Counted from the stretch's first letter, positions 9,894-19,084 are shown. The stretch: 64,000 nt of DNA from Vulcanimicrobiales bacterium (GCA_038231455.1 JBBRLI010000010.1:1-64000), one strand, 5' to 3'. Program-made: numbers and translations. The notes: generated by a model not told the origin, from the letters alone.

Positions 9894-10676
9894 ATGGATA
9901 CGATGCCGCGTCCGTCCCTCGAAATGGGAAAGCCACTCGCCGGTAAAGTCGCGCTCATTACGGGCAGTTCTCGTGGGATCGGGTCGGCGATCGCGACCGA
10001 ACTCGCGCGCGTCGGTGCGCATGTGGTGATCAACTACGTTCGTGGGAAAGACTCCGCGCAACACGTGGTCGAGCGCATCGTCGAGTCCGGCGGAAATGCG
10101 CACCACGAGATCGGCGACGTCTCGCGCGTCGATGACGTGCGCGCGATGATGGATCGCGTAAATGAAAAGTGCGGTCGCATCGATATTTTGGTGAACAACG
10201 CCGGCATCTTGCGCGACCGCACGTTCAAGAAAATGCAGCTCTCGGATTGGCACGAGGTGATCGATACCAATCTCACGAGCGTGATGAACTGCTGCCATAT
10301 CGCCGTACCGTATATGGTGGAGAAGAAGTTCGGACGCATCGTCAATATCAGCTCGTTCGTCGGGCAGATGGGGAATTTTGGCCAATCGAATTACTCGGCT
10401 GCAAAAGCCGGAATCATCGGCTTTACGAAATCTCTTGCGATCGAACTTGCGATGCAAGGTATCACGGTGAATGCGGTCTGCCCCGGGTTCGTTGAGACGG
10501 AGATGTGGGAGTCCGTTCCACCGAACATCAAAGAGAAAATTCTCGATCGTATCCCGATGCATCGCGTCGCGAACCCCGTCGAGATCGCGCAAGGCGTCCG
10601 ATTTTTAGTCACCGAGGCCGACTACATGACGGGCCAGTCGCTGAATATCAACGGCGGCATTTACATGGGGTGGTAG
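9894..10676 (+). CDS. phaB: Acetoacetyl-CoA reductase (SDR)
   Basis: TGSSRGIG, NNAGILRDRTFKKM, GNFGQSNYSAAKAG, LNINGGIYM; PHA context. Confidence 0.85.
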   Translation: MDTMPRPSLEMGKPLAGKVALITGSSRGIGSAIATELARVGAHVVINYVRGKDSAQHVVERIVESGGNAHHEIGDVSRVDDVRAMMDRVNEKCGRIDILVNNAGILRDRTFKKMQLSDWHEVIDTNLTSVMNCCHIAVPYMVEKKFGRIVNISSFVGQMGNFGQSNYSAAKAGIIGFTKSLAIELAMQGITVNAVCPGFVETEMWESVPPNIKEKILDRIPMHRVANPVEIAQGVRFLVTEADYMTGQSLNINGGIYMGW

Positions 10677-11638
10677 CCGAGACCGTCCACGCCTCGCATC
10701 TTCCGACGCGTACGCTGATGGCCCGCGGCAAGATGACGTTGCTCGCCTACGCCGCGACCGAAGCGCGTTACCACGTACCCGTTCTGATCGTGCCGCCGCT
10801 GATCGGCCGCCCCACCGTACTCGATCTTGCGCCCGGCCGCTCGTTCGTCGAGTCGCTCATCGCGCGCGGACTGCGGCCCTATTTGCTCGATTGGGGCGTA
10901 TTCGGATACGAAGACCGCGATCTGAGTTTTGCCGATCTGCTGCAAACGATCGACGATGCGGCCGACCGCGTGCGCGACGATGCCGCCAGTCGCGGTATCA
11001 CGTTTCTCGGTTACTGTATGGGCGGAACGCTGGTTGCGACGTATGCGGCGCGCGTCATGCTCGGCGAACCGGACCGGATCGTCACGCTCGCCGCGCCGAT
11101 CGATTTCGCTCATGGCGGTCGCCTCGCGCGCTGGTGTCAACCCGACGTCCTCGATCTCGATCGCGTGCTTGCCATCTTCGGCAATCTCCCCGCGCAACTG
11201 ATCGAGGCCGCATTCACCTTGCTGCGACCCGGGGCGCGGTTCGAAGCCTCGCAGAAAGACTCTCGTGATCCGGCGCATGCAGCGCTCGCGCAGTGGTCGC
11301 GCACGTGGCTCGATCTGCCGGGTGACGCCGCGCGCACGTGGATTGTCGATCTGTATCGCGAGAATCGCCTCTTCGCGGGCACGCTGACCGTCGATGGCAC
11401 GGGCGTGCGCCTTGGCGACATCACCGCCCCGCTGCTTGCAATCGGAGCCGACGAGGATCAAATTGCGCCTCCGCTCGCTTGCGCGCCGCTGGTGGACCTC
11501 GTGCGTTCGGCCGACCGCCGGTTTTCGAGCGTGCGCGGCGGGCACATCGCGCTCGTCGCTGGGAGCGGCGCGCGCAATGCGACCTGGCCGCTCGTCGAGG
11601 AATGGCTAGCCGCGCGGAGCACTCCAATCACTCGATGA
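10670..11638 (+). CDS. phaC: Class III/IV PHA synthase catalytic subunit
   Basis: VLDLAPGRSFV, YLLDWG, lipase box GYCMGG, Asp in DEDQIAP, His in GGHIAL. Confidence 0.8.
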   Translation: MVAETVHASHLPTRTLMARGKMTLLAYAATEARYHVPVLIVPPLIGRPTVLDLAPGRSFVESLIARGLRPYLLDWGVFGYEDRDLSFADLLQTIDDAADRVRDDAASRGITFLGYCMGGTLVATYAARVMLGEPDRIVTLAAPIDFAHGGRLARWCQPDVLDLDRVLAIFGNLPAQLIEAAFTLLRPGARFEASQKDSRDPAHAALAQWSRTWLDLPGDAARTWIVDLYRENRLFAGTLTVDGTGVRLGDITAPLLAIGADEDQIAPPLACAPLVDLVRSADRRFSSVRGGHIALVAGSGARNATWPLVEEWLAARSTPITR

Positions 11639-12405
11639 TCGCACTTCAGTTTCTCGGCACCGGCGGCGCGCGGTTCGTGGTCGCAAAACAAATTCGCGCC
11701 TCGGGCGGCATTTGGATGCGTTTCGGTGAGACGCAAATTCACGTCGATCCGGGTCCTGGAGCTCTCGTTCGGGCGCTCTCGGCAGTGCCACCGTGCGAAC
11801 CCCCGCTGCTCGATGCAATCGTGCTCTCGCACAAACATCTCGATCATGCGGGCGACGTGAACATCATGGTCGAGGCGATGTCCCAGGGCGGTTGGAAACC
11901 GCGCGGCGCGTTGATCGCACCGCGTGACGCCTTCGAAGGCGAGCCCGTGATTTTTCCGTACGTGCGACGTTTCGTGCCCCGCGAAGAAGTGCTCGTCGAA
12001 CGCGGCGGCCCGATCGCCATCAACGATGTCGAACTACGGACGTCGGTGCGCCACGTGCATCCAGTCGAAACGTACGGCATGCACTTTCGCTACGCTGGAA
12101 AAACCGTTTCGTACTTACCGTGCACGCGCTTCTTTCCGGGCCTAATCGAGGACTATCGCGCGCACGCCCCCGACGTGCTCATCCTCAACGTTCTGCGTTA
12201 CGCCGATACGATGGATGTCGATCACCTGACCTTCGATAACGCACGCGAACTCATCGACGGCATTCGGCCGGGCGCCGTCATCATGACGCACTTTGGAACC
12301 AAGATGCTCGAGCGCGATCCGCGCAAGCTCGCGCACGCGATCGAAGATGAATTCGGCGTGCGCGCCTATGCGGCGTACGACGGCTGGACGTACGACGTTG
12401 CTTGA
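11635..12405 (+). CDS. MBL-fold metallo-hydrolase
   Basis: FLGTGG, VDPGPG, SHKHLDHAGD, MTHFG. Confidence 0.85.
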   Translation: MIALQFLGTGGARFVVAKQIRASGGIWMRFGETQIHVDPGPGALVRALSAVPPCEPPLLDAIVLSHKHLDHAGDVNIMVEAMSQGGWKPRGALIAPRDAFEGEPVIFPYVRRFVPREEVLVERGGPIAINDVELRTSVRHVHPVETYGMHFRYAGKTVSYLPCTRFFPGLIEDYRAHAPDVLILNVLRYADTMDVDHLTFDNARELIDGIRPGAVIMTHFGTKMLERDPRKLAHAIEDEFGVRAYAAYDGWTYDVA

Positions 12406-12820
12406 GATCGAAAGCGCAAAGCCCGGTGAACTCGACGGATTTTGGCGCACGCACGACCGCGACTGGCGTTCGGCCCTATGGGATTTTCGCGTCGTTTGGC
12501 ACGAGCAAGGTCACGAGATCATCGCGCGCGTCGACGGCACGCTCGTCGGCGCGCTCAAGACGCGCATTGCCGCGTCGCTCGCACATGTGGAAGCGCTCAT
12601 CGTCGAGCCCGATTATCGGATGCAGGGCATCGGCGCGGCCCTCGTGCGGCGCTGCGAAGAGATCGCGAACTATTACAACTGCCACAAGGTAAGCGTCGAA
12701 GTCTTTCACGAGCACGACGTGCAACGGTTTTTCGAGGCCTGCGGCTATAAACTCGAAGCGGTTCTCCCGCAACACACCTTCAAACTCGATGTGGCCGTGA
12801 TGCGAAAATTTCTGCTCTAA
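12398..12820 (+). CDS. GNAT N-acetyltransferase
   Basis: VEPDYRMQGIGAAL motif A, FFEACGY. Confidence 0.8.
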   Translation: MLEIESAKPGELDGFWRTHDRDWRSALWDFRVVWHEQGHEIIARVDGTLVGALKTRIAASLAHVEALIVEPDYRMQGIGAALVRRCEEIANYYNCHKVSVEVFHEHDVQRFFEACGYKLEAVLPQHTFKLDVAVMRKFLL

Positions 12821-13910
12821 GCTTTGGAAGCCGGATCGGGCGATATTGGGCGCTTGGGGGGCGGTGCTGATTTGCGGGCTTGGGTTGCGCGCGCGGTGCG
12901 ATGCGCGTGGAGAAGTTGCGGCGCCGGTTGATATAGAGTTGGCGCATCGGCTGCCACTCATCCGCGAGGTTCGACTTGTTTGCAAGCGAGCCGTCGTAGA
13001 GAAATACGTTGCCGCGCGCGCTGGATGCGTTGATCGCGGGTGATGCCGGTCCGCCGAGCGCGACGTTCGTTTCGTTCGGCCGCGTTTCGATCGGGACGTT
13101 GCGGGCGAACGATGTGAAGATGTGCCCATCGCCCGTGCGCGCGCCGATCTGGCCCCCTCCGGCGACGCCGACGGCGACGTTGCCGTCTTGCGAATCGAAC
13201 CGTGCGAGCATTCCGTCAAATCCGCCGTTGTCGAAAACGATCGAACCGGCGACGCTGGACGCCTCGATCTGTCGCGCGCGGCAATTTTCGAAGAGCATGT
13301 TCGCCGCCGCCGTGCGTGCGCGCAGGCGCGAGAAGTTCGAGTCGATCACCGAGATATGGCCGCGAAGGAGTTGCACGAATCCGTCGCCGCCGGAGTTGGT
13401 CATTGCGACGACGCCGTTGCGGAGTTGCACGAAGAACGTTCCGCCTTGGAAGTCGTTCATGCGAATCCGCCCGCCGACTGCGCGCACGAGAATGAACGCG
13501 GTGTTTGCCGGGATCGTGACAGTCACAAGGCCGGCGGCGCTTGACGACCCGATCTTCACGGCGTCGTGCATCCCGTGCGGAACCGTCAAAACGGCGAAAT
13601 CCTCGCGCGGTAAGCTGAGCGTTGTTTCGCCAAATCGCAGGCGAGCATCGAGCACCGGCACATCGGGAATCCCGGGGTACGAACCTTTTTGGCCACCGAA
13701 ATCGTCGTCGCCCTCGATCTGCACGATCGGTCGGTCCCAGGTTTTGATTTGGATATCGGCTTGGCCGGCCTCGATGGAGACGATCGCTCGGTCGGCTACT
13801 TCAAACGTCGAAGTCTGGGCCGCCGCCGCTACGGGAAGCACCAAGAAGACCACGGATAGAGCGAGCTGACCGGCGAGAGCCCGGACCCTCGCGGAAAACC
13901 GAGGAAGCAC
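12780..13910 (-). CDS. Secreted DUF4097/adhesin-like beta-repeat protein
   Basis: Signal peptide, IKTWDRP, repeated S/T-x-x-G-x-I beta motifs. Confidence 0.65.
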   Translation of the reverse strand: MLPRFSARVRALAGQLALSVVFLVLPVAAAAQTSTFEVADRAIVSIEAGQADIQIKTWDRPIVQIEGDDDFGGQKGSYPGIPDVPVLDARLRFGETTLSLPREDFAVLTVPHGMHDAVKIGSSSAAGLVTVTIPANTAFILVRAVGGRIRMNDFQGGTFFVQLRNGVVAMTNSGGDGFVQLLRGHISVIDSNFSRLRARTAAANMLFENCRARQIEASSVAGSIVFDNGGFDGMLARFDSQDGNVAVGVAGGGQIGARTGDGHIFTSFARNVPIETRPNETNVALGGPASPAINASSARGNVFLYDGSLANKSNLADEWQPMRQLYINRRRNFSTRIAPRAQPKPANQHRPPSAQYRPIRLPKLRAEIFASRPHRV

Positions 13911-13946
13911 GACTACCATTTTACGATTGCCACGGTCAGATCATCA

Positions 13947-15368
13947 TTAAGGGTCGATGATCGTTTCGCGAGCGATCGGTAAAGTCACGTGAAACACGGA
14001 TCCGCCCTCCGGTCGCGGGGCGGCGCTGACGCGGCCTCCATGCACCCGCGCGATGCTTCGAACGATCGCAAGGCCAAGTCCCGTCCCCTCGACGGTGCGC
14101 GTGTGTGATTCATCGCTGCGGAAGAAGCGGTCAAACAGTTTCTCGGCGACCGCTGGGTCGATGCCCACGCCGCTATCGATCACGTCGACGAGTGCTTCGG
14201 TCTCCGAGGCGCCAGAACGTACGACGATCGTGCCGCGTTCGGTAAATTTGATCGCGTTTTCGATCAAGTTTGAGTAGAGCTGCCGAAGCAGCGATGGGTC
14301 GCCGACAACGACGGAACGAGTCCCGGCGCTTCCGTCATACGATAACGCGAGGTTTTTCCGCTCGGCGCGTTCGCGCGCGTGGACGACGACGTCCTCCACC
14401 AATCGTTCGAGGATCAGCGGCTCTTTCGGTACGTCCTCGCCGCTATCGGCTTTGGCAAGCGTGAGCATACCGTTCACCATTGCCGCAAGCGACGCACTTT
14501 CCGTGCGGATCGCCGCGAGGCTGTCGACGCGAACGGCCGGATCGCGATCCCCCCAGCGCTCGAGCATCTGTGCGTTTGCATTGATCACGGTCAGCGGTGT
14601 CTTGAGTTCGTGTGAGGCATCCGAGATGAACTGCCGTTCTCGCGCGAAGGCTTCTTGCAAGCGGCCGAGCATTGCGTTGAACGCACTAGCGAGCCGGCCG
14701 ACCTCATCGGCCCGACCGCTCCACGCGAGGCGTCGATCGAGCCGGTCAGAACCGATTTCCGTCATCGCGAGTGTCAGTTGCGTGATGGGCTCGATCGCCG
14801 CCTTGGCAATAAAAATCGAGACGCCGACGACGACGATCGCGGAGGCGAGCGCCACGAGCACGAGGACGCGCTTAGCGGTCAACAGCAGTCGATTGATGCT
14901 CTCCAGCCGCTCGGCAACGACGGCGATGTACTTTGGATAGGGGCCTTCGTAAATCGGCACGTCGTAGACGAGTAAATCTTCACCGCCGATTCGCTCGACG
15001 TGAAACGCGCCGTCGGCCGGATGATCGAGCGGCAGCGGAGCCGCGAGGTTTGAGGACTTGCCACGCGGGAGGCCATCGATGTTATCGATCGTGACGTAGG
15101 TCGTGGGGCTGGAATAATAGTCGAGTTGTTGCTGGTTGGTCAGCAGTCGGTCCGCATCGATCGGCAGTAAGAGAATCGGCGAACCGCCGCTTGCGTGCGA
15201 GGGATCGACGTCGTTCTGAATGCGCTCGGCGATCGTGCGAATCTGCGCGCGCGCCTGATCGTAGAGGATACGCTGAAAGGCAAACGAGAGCGCGATTGCA
15301 GCGATGGCGATGACGACGACGATCAGCGCCGCGTACCAGGCGGCGATACGCGTGCGAAGCGAGTTGAT
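13947..15368 (-). CDS. HAMP-domain sensor histidine kinase (ATC start inferred)
   Basis: ASHELKTPL H box, NLIENAIKF, GTGLGLAI; frame stays open 136 codons upstream of the tracked ORF and encodes NSLRTRIAAWY plus TM1. Confidence 0.88.
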   Translation of the reverse strand: MNSLRTRIAAWYAALIVVVIAIAAIALSFAFQRILYDQARAQIRTIAERIQNDVDPSHASGGSPILLLPIDADRLLTNQQQLDYYSSPTTYVTIDNIDGLPRGKSSNLAAPLPLDHPADGAFHVERIGGEDLLVYDVPIYEGPYPKYIAVVAERLESINRLLLTAKRVLVLVALASAIVVVGVSIFIAKAAIEPITQLTLAMTEIGSDRLDRRLAWSGRADEVGRLASAFNAMLGRLQEAFARERQFISDASHELKTPLTVINANAQMLERWGDRDPAVRVDSLAAIRTESASLAAMVNGMLTLAKADSGEDVPKEPLILERLVEDVVVHARERAERKNLALSYDGSAGTRSVVVGDPSLLRQLYSNLIENAIKFTERGTIVVRSGASETEALVDVIDSGVGIDPAVAEKLFDRFFRSDESHTRTVEGTGLGLAIVRSIARVHGGRVSAAPRPEGGSVFHVTLPIARETIIDP

Positions 15369-15374
15369 CGGGCG

Positions 15375-16055
15375 TTACTCTTTGAGGGCGTACCCGACGC
15401 CGCGGACCGTCTGGATGAGCTTGTCGTCGTATCCATCGTCGATCTTGCCGCGCAAATAGCGGATGTAGACGTCGATCAAATTCGAATCGCCGAGGAAATC
15501 GCTGCCCCAGACGCCGTTGAAGAGTTCGTCGCGCGTATGCACTTTGTTGCGGTGCAGCAAGAGGTATTCGAGCAGCGCGTATTCTTTTGCGGTCAGCGTG
15601 ACTTTGTTTCCGGCGCGTTCGACTTCGTGGCGGTCGCGATCCATCTTCAGATCTTTTGCGGTGAGTACGTTTTCGGCGGGCGCGCGATCGCGCAAACGGG
15701 CACGCACGCGCGCGAGCAGCTCTTCGATCGAAAACGGTTTGGAGAGATAGTCATCCGCACCCGTATCCAGCCCTGCAACGCGATCGGGGATGCGGTCTTT
15801 TGCCGTGAGCATGATGACCGGCGTCTGGCTCTTCGTGCGGATGCGTTTGAGCACTTCGAGGCCGTCGAGTTTGGGCAGCATCCAATCGAGGATGATCAAA
15901 TCAGGCTCTTTGAGCGCGCGCTCGAGGCCCGTCAGGCCGTCGCGCGCCGTCTCGACTTCGTAGCCTTCGTGTTTGAGTTCGAGTTCGAGAACGCGGCTGA
16001 TCTGGACGTCGTCTTCGACGACGAGAATCTTGTACTTACGCTCGCCGTTGTTCAA
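15375..16055 (-). CDS. OmpR family response regulator
   Basis: VVEDD, ILDWMLP, GADDYLSKPF, IQTVRGVGY. Confidence 0.93.
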   Translation of the reverse strand: MNNGERKYKILVVEDDVQISRVLELELKHEGYEVETARDGLTGLERALKEPDLIILDWMLPKLDGLEVLKRIRTKSQTPVIMLTAKDRIPDRVAGLDTGADDYLSKPFSIEELLARVRARLRDRAPAENVLTAKDLKMDRDRHEVERAGNKVTLTAKEYALLEYLLLHRNKVHTRDELFNGVWGSDFLGDSNLIDVYIRYLRGKIDDGYDDKLIQTVRGVGYALKE

Positions 16056-16422
16056 TGGACTCCCTTAGCGGGTACGGCGCGCAGGCAGCGCGCGGCAGAG
16101 TAAATTGCGAGATCCAAAAGGCGGAACTCGCACCGACGACGACCCAGCCAAGGATGCTCGGCGAAACGTTGCGTGCAAGGCGTTCGAGCAGCGATCCGGC
16201 GGCGCTCGCGAGCCGGAGACCGGCGTCGGGAACGGAGGCGAGAACGGCGATCATGAGCCACACCGCCAAGGCCATGACCGTGCCGATCACCCACACTTCC
16301 CACATCTTAAATGGCAACGCCGGGCGATACACGGTGGCCGCAAGGATGCGCCCGCGCAGATCGGCCGGTGGTTCTTCGAGTTCGAGCGCGAAAAGCGCCC
16401 GATCCAGAGCAGCGTCGTCCAT
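16036..16422 (-). CDS. Putative membrane anti-sigma factor
   Basis: EEPPADLRGRIL motif plus two TM segments, directly after the ECF sigma gene. Confidence 0.65.
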   Translation of the reverse strand: MDDAALDRALFALELEEPPADLRGRILAATVYRPALPFKMWEVWVIGTVMALAVWLMIAVLASVPDAGLRLASAAGSLLERLARNVSPSILGWVVVGASSAFWISQFTLPRAACAPYPLRESIEQRRA

Positions 16423-16967
16423 TAGTCCCTCACTTCTGCAACCGAGGCGCTGAGTGCTTTTCGTAACAGCTCCTTGGCGCGGAAAAGATGTGTTTTCACC
16501 GTACCCATCGGCACGTCCAGGATCGCGGCGATCTCGTCATACTGTTTCCCGGAGAGGTGGTAGAGCGTGATGACCGTGCGGTATTTCTCGGGCAGAGCAT
16601 CGATTGCAGCGCGTAAGCGCCGGGCCTCATCGCTCTGCACCGCCAGCCGTTCAGGCCCCGCGGCCAGGTCGGCTGCATCGGGAATTTCGTCGTAACTGTA
16701 GCGTTTGCGGCGGGCGAGCCGGTCGCAGCACGCGTGGTAGGCGATCGAGAGAATCCAGGTTGAGAACTTGGCCCCGGTGCGAAACGTCGTTAACGCTCGA
16801 AACGCTTTGAAGAACGCTTCTTGCGTTGCATCCTTGGCTTCTTCCACATCGTGCAAGGTCCGATACGAAAGATGGTACACCGCGCGCTCGTAGCGTTCGA
16901 CGAGATCGCCGAATGCTTCACGCCGACCGCCCAGGGTTTGGGCGATCAGTTCGTCGTCGGTGACCAT
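16422..16967 (-). CDS. ECF RNA polymerase sigma factor (SigW/RpoE-like)
   Basis: AFGDLVERY, DATQEAF, FSTWILSIA, GTVKTHLFRAK. Confidence 0.92.
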   Translation of the reverse strand: MVTDDELIAQTLGGRREAFGDLVERYERAVYHLSYRTLHDVEEAKDATQEAFFKAFRALTTFRTGAKFSTWILSIAYHACCDRLARRKRYSYDEIPDAADLAAGPERLAVQSDEARRLRAAIDALPEKYRTVITLYHLSGKQYDEIAAILDVPMGTVKTHLFRAKELLRKALSASVAEVRD

Positions 16968-17018
16968 ACGTACGAACGGCGGGAGGTCCGCCAAAGCGAC
17001 TGCCACGGTATCTGCATG

Positions 17019-17044
17019 TACGGCCGTGCGAGGCCGATGTTTCG
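17019..17044 (-). promoter_or_regulatory. ECF (SigW-type) promoter for the sigma operon
   Basis: CGAAAC-N16-CGTA on the minus strand. Confidence 0.7.
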
Positions 17045-17054
17045 AGCGGGACGG

Positions 17055-17080
17055 CGAAACATCGACGACCCGAAATCGTA
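17055..17080 (+). promoter_or_regulatory. ECF (SigW-type) promoter for the DUF4097-DUF6249 operon
   Basis: CGAAAC-N16-CGTA on the plus strand. Confidence 0.7.
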
Positions 17081-17114
17081 CATGCAGCACCTTCCTCCAC
17101 GAGGAGCTCGAACC

Positions 17115-17150
17115 ATGATCACCGCCGTCCCTTCGCCCGCCGGGTTCTGA
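17115..17150 (+). other. 11-codon upstream ORF (MITAVPSPAGF)
   Basis: GAGGAG RBS at 17101; TGATG overlap with the next ATG. Confidence 0.45.
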
Positions 17151-18088
17151 TGAACTTCGATCCAAAACTGCGCCGCCTGATTTTTGCCCTGGCACTCCTC
17201 GAACTCGCCATCATCGGTACGATGATTACGGCCGTCTCATGGCGTCACGGACGCTCCGAGGCGATGGCCGAATCTGCACGTGGCGAAACCGCCCCCTCGC
17301 CGGTCCGCCAGGCGGTGCCGGTTGACGCGAAGCCGCATGTCGTCATCGATGCGGGTGACTTTGCGATCGACGTCGTTGCCGGCGGCGACGGCAAAGTTAG
17401 CGTCGAGGATCTCAGCGTGCACACGGGCGTGATTGGAAGATCGCGTCGCACGGTCGAGTTGGCGCAAACGGAAGACGGCGCGAAGCTCTCTGCGACCGAG
17501 AGCTCCTCGATCAGCCTGGGCCTCTCCGAGCACCGTCTGCGGGTTACTGTTCCCGCGGCGACGGAACTGGAAATTACGGCGTGCTCCTCGGCGAGCGTTT
17601 CGAATTTACGCGGGAGCGTTCATGTGAGCGCCGGCAACGGCCGGATCGAATTGCAGAATCTTGCCTCATCGGTCGTCGAAGTCGAAGCCGGGAACGGTCG
17701 CGTCGTGGCGACGGGAGTGAAAGCCGAATCGTTCACCGTTCACGCCTCGAACGGTCGGATTATCGCACAGCGGGTCTCGGTTGCCGGTGCTGAGCCCAAG
17801 CTCGAATTCACGGCGTCGAATGGAAAGATCGAATTCGACGGGCGCCTTGCAGCAAGCGGCGCGTATTCCATGGAGTCATCGAATGGCAGCGTCCGACTCG
17901 GATTGACGGCCGATTCCGATACAACCGTGACGGCGTCGGCATCGAACGGCGTGATCCGAGCGGGAGCGGGGGTTGCTCTTGCGGATGATGGAGACAACAA
18001 GATTGCCAAATTCGGCGAAGGTCGGGGAGCGCTGAGCGTTTCGTCGTCCAACGGCTCGATTACCATTTCGCAAACGGACGGGGTCTAG
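17150..18088 (+). CDS. Membrane-anchored DUF4097 beta-repeat protein
   Basis: N-terminal TM helix; many ASNG/AGNG-x-I repeats. Confidence 0.75.
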   Translation: MNFDPKLRRLIFALALLELAIIGTMITAVSWRHGRSEAMAESARGETAPSPVRQAVPVDAKPHVVIDAGDFAIDVVAGGDGKVSVEDLSVHTGVIGRSRRTVELAQTEDGAKLSATESSSISLGLSEHRLRVTVPAATELEITACSSASVSNLRGSVHVSAGNGRIELQNLASSVVEVEAGNGRVVATGVKAESFTVHASNGRIIAQRVSVAGAEPKLEFTASNGKIEFDGRLAASGAYSMESSNGSVRLGLTADSDTTVTASASNGVIRAGAGVALADDGDNKIAKFGEGRGALSVSSSNGSITISQTDGV

Positions 18089-18089
18089 C

Positions 18090-18698
18090 ATGCAAGATAA
18101 TGTCGTCGCTCTCTTCGGTATCTTTTTCGTCTTCGGCGCGCCGGTGTTAGCGTTTATTGTCATGCGTGTTCTCTCACACCGCGAGCGCATCGAGATGATC
18201 AAACGCGGCTATATACCGGGCGATAAGCGCGGCTTCAAAGGCGGGTACGCGCCCGCCCCACCGCCGTGGAACGCCGCGAATGCGCAGCAACAACAGCAGC
18301 AACCCGACTATTACGATGTCGCGGGTGCGCAGCGCGCGCTTCGCGGCGGCATCATCACCACGTTTGTCGGCTTTGCGATCTTCATCGGGCTCTCGTTTAT
18401 CGGCTATCACCCGCACGAAGGTGCCTTCGGAGGGCCTTCACTCGAACCGGGTCCGTGGCTCCTCGGCGGACTGATTCCGATGTTTATCGGCATCGCACAA
18501 ATCATCATCGCGCTGCTCTCCGGTGCGCGTTTTGGAATTCCGGTAAATCCGGCCGCACCGCCGCCGGGTGTCGGCTACAGCAGTCCGCAGCCGCCCCCGA
18601 ACGTCGGTAGTAGCTACTACGAGCCACCGCATCCGCAACCACGCGGAGCGACGTACGAAGAACTCAAGCGGCCGGTGCCGCCGCCCGATCTGCGCTAA
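18090..18698 (+). CDS. DUF6249-like membrane protein
   Basis: TM-HRERIEMIKRG, LRGGIITTFVG, GLIPMFIGIA; Pro-rich tail. Confidence 0.65.
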   Translation: MQDNVVALFGIFFVFGAPVLAFIVMRVLSHRERIEMIKRGYIPGDKRGFKGGYAPAPPPWNAANAQQQQQQPDYYDVAGAQRALRGGIITTFVGFAIFIGLSFIGYHPHEGAFGGPSLEPGPWLLGGLIPMFIGIAQIIIALLSGARFGIPVNPAAPPPGVGYSSPQPPPNVGSSYYEPPHPQPRGATYEELKRPVPPPDLR

Positions 18699-18916
18699 AC
18701 CCGAACAGAAATAATGAAGTAGGCCGCGTCGAGAACGCGGCGCTGGCCGCCGCTGAGCAGACCGAATATCTGACTGCGCACATCGGATGCGGCCTTCTGA
18801 CCGCGCCGCAGCGCGACGAGCAACTGACGAATGTTCGTCGTCTGCTCGTCACTAAGGTTTAAGATCGCCGTGCCCGAGACCGAAGGGACGATGCCCGACC
18901 GATCTTCGGTCGCCAT
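18695..18916 (-). CDS. Hypothetical protein (73 aa)
   Basis: Helical ORF (LNLSDEQ..IRQLL) convergent with DUF6249; start uncertain. Confidence 0.4.
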   Translation of the reverse strand: MATEDRSGIVPSVSGTAILNLSDEQTTNIRQLLVALRRGQKAASDVRSQIFGLLSGGQRRVLDAAYFIISVRV

Positions 18917-19029
18917 CGGCAGGCGGGTCGAGGTTCCCGATCCGGTGATTTCGCTTGGGTTGCCGGTATCGACGCGGCGGATTCGTCCGAGATTGCTCAC
19001 GAGTGTCCTATCGGCAAAACCGAGGAAGA

Positions 19030-19066
19030 AAAACAAAGCGGAGCGCCTGAGCGCTCCGTTTCGTTT
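19030..19066 (-). terminator. Rho-independent terminator after the 46-aa ORF
   Basis: CGGAGCGC-TCAG-GCGCTCCG followed by CTTTGTTTTT on the minus strand. Confidence 0.7.
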
Positions 19067-19084
19067 GTAGCTGAATGCGTGGGG

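Noticed and set aside
15195-16103. 302-aa plus-strand ORF
   Set aside because: Antisense to the response regulator and kinase
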